The notes beneath the pieces were generated by a model. That model was not told the DNA's origin. It was given only the letters and a program-made list of their open reading frames with translations, and did no database searches. Below, piece after piece: positions 34,633 to 37,596 of a stretch of 37,596 bases of DNA (within the stretch, counting starts at the first letter, position 1; each line of letters begins with the position of its first letter). The DNA is from a virus (lineage: Duplodnaviria > Caudoviricetes). Position numbers and translations under genes: made by a program. The stretch covers positions 1 to 37,596 of the IMG/VR virus record IMGVR_UViG_3300037506_000023; one strand, written 5' to 3'.

Positions 34633-35960
34633 TGCCCGACATTCTCCATATGATGTTCTGCGAGGCGTCCTACCCGGAGAAGGGTTTCTCGGCTCAGTGG
34701 CCGGAGCTTGCGGGCGCGGGGATTCCTCCCGCCGCCGTCACGGGCTTTCGGCGGCTCTGGGCCGAGTCGGGCGGATGGTACGAACGCAGCAAGACGGGGC
34801 CGCGCCGCCCGATCTCCGACTTCCACGGCCGAACGCTCTTCGTGGATGACGTCTTCGGGGACGACGCGATTGCGGCGCGAACGGACCCGAGTCTACCTTA
34901 CAAGACCATCGAGGCGGCAATTGCGGATGCTCTCGCGGGCGACGCGATCCTCGTCGGGCCGGGCACCTACACGCTCGCGGCCGGAATCACCATCCCGGAC
35001 GACGTGCTCTTGCGAGGCGTCGGCGTCAACGTCGTCACCATTCAGATGACGGGCGTCACCGCCGACACGACGCTCGTGACGATGGGCGACAACAGCCGAG
35101 TCGAAGACGTTACGCTCCGGCTGACGTCCGCGCAACATCACACGCTCAAGGGCGTGCTCTTCCCCGGCACGACGACCGAGACGGCTAGACTTCGAACGAC
35201 CGTCGTCGAGGTCGATAACTCCGGCGCGGGTGCGGGCGCGTCGAACGTGTACGGAGTTCACTCGAACGGTACGGGCGTGCCTGGCGAAGAGATGACGACG
35301 ATCCGAGCGTGTACGATCAACGTCCAGTCAACCGGCACGGGCGCGAAGCGCGGCGTGCTTGTTGATACAGCCTCGCGCCTGATCTTGCGGGACACAAACG
35401 TCGTGTGCGAAGGCGCGGGTGGAGGAACGTTCTACGGAGTCGAAACGAACCACGCAAGCGCGATTGCGACTCTGATCGTCGGGCGCGTCCTCGGGACGAC
35501 GGCGGATATCTCTCGCACGCTCGGGACGCTCTCGCTCGCGGCAACTCATCTTGCGAACGCGCTCGTCAACGGGTTGTCGTTCACGCCGAAGATCGCGTCG
35601 AACAACCTCTACGTCGGCGACGACGCCTCGCTGCCGTCGAACGCGACGCGGTACTTTCATATGGGCATCGGTCAACTGTCGGCGTCTGAAGTCAAAGTAC
35701 GCATCCCGCGAGCGACGGTAATTCAATCGCTCGTGCTTCGGGCACTTACGGCCCCGGGCGTCGGCAAGACGGACACCGTCACCGTCCGCAAGAACGGAGT
35801 CGATACAACGTTGACCGCGTCGCTTGTTGGTGCGGCCGTCTCCGCGCAGGATCTTGCGAACGCCGTCTCGTTCGCGGCGGGGGACGATCTCTCGATCAAG
35901 ATCGTAACCGCCATCGCGACGGCAACCTCCGATCTATCGTGTTCGTTGGAGCTTTACTGA
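34632..35960 (+). CDS. Tail spike / receptor-binding protein with parallel beta-helix
   Basis: FVD...GDD...PYKTIEAAI..A.AGD.ILVGPGTY beta-helix cap; C-terminal beta-sandwich. Confidence 0.75.
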   Translation: MPDILHMMFCEASYPEKGFSAQWPELAGAGIPPAAVTGFRRLWAESGGWYERSKTGPRRPISDFHGRTLFVDDVFGDDAIAARTDPSLPYKTIEAAIADALAGDAILVGPGTYTLAAGITIPDDVLLRGVGVNVVTIQMTGVTADTTLVTMGDNSRVEDVTLRLTSAQHHTLKGVLFPGTTTETARLRTTVVEVDNSGAGAGASNVYGVHSNGTGVPGEEMTTIRACTINVQSTGTGAKRGVLVDTASRLILRDTNVVCEGAGGGTFYGVETNHASAIATLIVGRVLGTTADISRTLGTLSLAATHLANALVNGLSFTPKIASNNLYVGDDASLPSNATRYFHMGIGQLSASEVKVRIPRATVIQSLVLRALTAPGVGKTDTVTVRKNGVDTTLTASLVGAAVSAQDLANAVSFAAGDDLSIKIVTAIATATSDLSCSLELY

Positions 35961-36217
35961 TGCCGAATTACGTCTACGAAACAGATCTCGCCGGACTCAA
36001 GGCGAGCGTCGAGACTGCTCTCGTCGGGAAGAAGGTCGAAAGCGTGAAGTTGATTCATGGCAAGGTCTACGTCGAGGTAGCGGAGAAGCTCGACGAGACG
36101 GATCAAGCGACGGTCGCGACGCTTGTTCGCACCGCGCCGATCAAGCTGGTTGTAAAAGACGAGAAGGTCGAGACGCCCACGAAGGAGGTAGTCGACGACG
36201 AGGCGAAGCCGTTATAA
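35960..36217 (+). CDS. Hypothetical protein (possible fibre chaperone)
   Basis: TGATG coupling to the spike gene. Confidence 0.6.
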   Translation: MPNYVYETDLAGLKASVETALVGKKVESVKLIHGKVYVEVAEKLDETDQATVATLVRTAPIKLVVKDEKVETPTKEVVDDEAKPL

Positions 36218-36238
36218 TCGGGACGAGAGGGAGAGACG

Positions 36239-36589
36239 ATGGACGGGAACTCCGCCTTGATCGCCGCCGTTGCGACTCTGATACCGTCGCTCGTGATCGG
36301 CGTCATCGGGTGGTTCATGCGTACGTTGATCGCGGACCTCAAGGCGTCCATTCGTAGCGCACGAATCGAGATCGGGGAGCTTCGTAAGGCGCAATCGACG
36401 CAGACCGCCCTTTTCGACGACATCCGCTCGACGATTGCTACGATGCAGCTTGAGACTGCGAGGGAGCTTCACAAGCACCACTCGGACGTTCACGCACGGA
36501 TCTCGAAGATCGACAAGGACGTCGCGGAGCAGAAGGCGACGCTCAAGCAACATATCACCGACTCGGAGCATGGAAGGAGGCGCGTTTGA
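36239..36589 (+). CDS. Membrane protein with one TM segment and a coiled coil (lysis module)
   Basis: N-terminal TM LIAAVATLIPSLVIGVIGWFM, then heptads. Confidence 0.65.
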   Translation: MDGNSALIAAVATLIPSLVIGVIGWFMRTLIADLKASIRSARIEIGELRKAQSTQTALFDDIRSTIATMQLETARELHKHHSDVHARISKIDKDVAEQKATLKQHITDSEHGRRRV

Positions 36590-36936
36590 GAATCGTGATA
36601 GTGGCCGTGCTAATGATGGCGGCGGCGCTCGTCGCGTCCTGCGTGACGTCGGCTCGGGTGTCGCGTAAGTACGGCGAACTTGCCGCGTTGAAGCGTGTCG
36701 AGCTTGGACTCAAGAGTGAAGACCCGCTACCGGCTGACGTGGACAAGCGACTCCACGAGCAAGCGGAGACGGAGGCGGAGGCGGAGGCGGCGCAGGAGCG
36801 TAACGAAGGCGTCGGCCTCGTCGGACAGATCGCGCAAGCCGTCGGGACGGGGAACGTCGTAGGAGGCATCCTGGGGGCAATCGGACTCGGGATGCTCGGG
36901 GTTCGCAGCGTCAAGAAGATGCGAGGTGCGGCATGA
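36586..36936 (+). CDS. Lipoprotein with a C-terminal TM segment (u-spanin-like topology)
   Basis: Signal peptide and lipobox LVASC; C-terminal VVGGILGAIGLGMLGV followed by a basic tail. Confidence 0.55.
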   Translation: MRIVIVAVLMMAAALVASCVTSARVSRKYGELAALKRVELGLKSEDPLPADVDKRLHEQAETEAEAEAAQERNEGVGLVGQIAQAVGTGNVVGGILGAIGLGMLGVRSVKKMRGAA

Positions 36937-37184
36937 TCGAACTCTACGCGACGGGAAGCGCCGTCGTTCTGGGGCAAGTGCAAGTCGTCAAGCGACTCCT
37001 GCCGGATCGCTTCCACCGCTGGCTTCCGGCGTGTGCCTTGGCGTTTGGCATCGTCTGGGGGCTGACGCTTCCGGGACGACCGCTCGTCGAACGCATCTTC
37101 GGAGGACTCGGCGCTGGCATTGGGGCGGTCGGAGCGTTCGACGGAGTACGCGCAACGGTCGAGAAACCGACGGCAACGACGTAG
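36933..37184 (+). CDS. Putative holin
   Basis: 83 aa; VQVVK....RWLP..AL.FGI and GL.AG..A.G.FD pattern with 2-3 TM segments. Confidence 0.7.
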   Translation: MIELYATGSAVVLGQVQVVKRLLPDRFHRWLPACALAFGIVWGLTLPGRPLVERIFGGLGAGIGAVGAFDGVRATVEKPTATT

Positions 37185-37189
37185 GACGG

Positions 37190-37259
37190 TGCGGGCTTAG
37201 GCTGGTGCCTGGGGGCGGCTCATACCCGCTCACGCGAGGTTCGATTCCTCGGTCCGCTA
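37190..37259 (+). tRNA. tRNA with CAT anticodon (Met/fMet-like)
   Basis: Acceptor GCGGGC/GTCCGC, D arm AGGC-TGGT-GCCT, anticodon loop CT-CAT-AC, T arm CGAGG-TTCGATT-CCTCG; CCA not encoded. Confidence 0.85.
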
Positions 37260-37269
37260 CTAGAATGAG

Positions 37270-37467
37270 ATGACACCGGGCAACGGACATGATAAGCCGT
37301 TCCTCGTGCCACCCCGTGCGATGGTGCGGGCGACGCTCGAATGGTGCGCGTCGATGGTGAATTTCCGAGCGGACGTTTTGTGGGCGCAAGGAGAGAAGGC
37401 GCTAGCGACGGAGCTTCATGCGTTCGCGGCGGAACTACGCGCCATCTCGAAGATGCTTCCCCCGTAG
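37270..37467 (+). CDS. Hypothetical protein
   Basis: 65-aa ORF on the late strand; weak RBS. Confidence 0.45.
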   Translation: MTPGNGHDKPFLVPPRAMVRATLEWCASMVNFRADVLWAQGEKALATELHAFAAELRAISKMLPP

Positions 37468-37509
37468 CCCACCCTAATGGCCTCGCGTCGTTTCTCTCTC
37501 GATGGCGGC

Positions 37510-37596
37510 GCGGGGCCTCCTTCTCGGGGGGTAGACTTACCTCAGAGAGAGGGGGGACGGTATGAGGGAGCGAATCGAGCGGTCCGAGTGGTTGAA
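37510..37596. repeat. Terminal direct repeat, right copy
   Basis: Matches 1-87 with one mismatch. Confidence 0.95.

Noticed and set aside
1-37596. Alternative genetic code
   Set aside because: TAA, TAG and TGA all end well-formed genes and coding density is high under code 11

Overview
The window is an apparently complete, circularly permuted genome of a high-GC tailed dsDNA phage. Bases 1-87 repeat at 37510-37596 with one mismatch, giving a unit length of about 37.5 kb. The leftward arm (6347 to 243) encodes a class II glutamine amidotransferase, an RHH-like regulator, small accessory genes separated by repeated hairpins, a recombination module (SSAP-like protein, PD-(D/E)XK nuclease, coiled-coil protein), and an Sm-like protein paired with a Ser-X repeat peptide. 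The rightward arm encodes an amidoligase, then a sigma70 promoter and a ~230-nt highly structured leader, a replication initiator with an internal origin, a loader-like protein and RusA. A decayed DNA-modification cluster follows (internally deleted MTase, ParB-like gene, dpdA-like gene joined to a folE 3' fragment). The late genes are TerS, intein-containing TerL, portal, a 926-aa fibre-like protein, a pentapeptide-repeat protein, a gpF-like protein, protease/scaffold, MCP, neck and tail genes (-1 frameshift chaperone, 184-aa tape measure), tail spike, membrane lysis genes and a tRNA-CAT. I recognised no integrase and no endolysin. Most novel candidate: the structured leader RNA exposes a 12-13 nt segment complementary to the ribosome-binding sites of recombination genes, suggesting a trans-acting antisense circuit. 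All family calls come from motif recognition by eye, not database searches.
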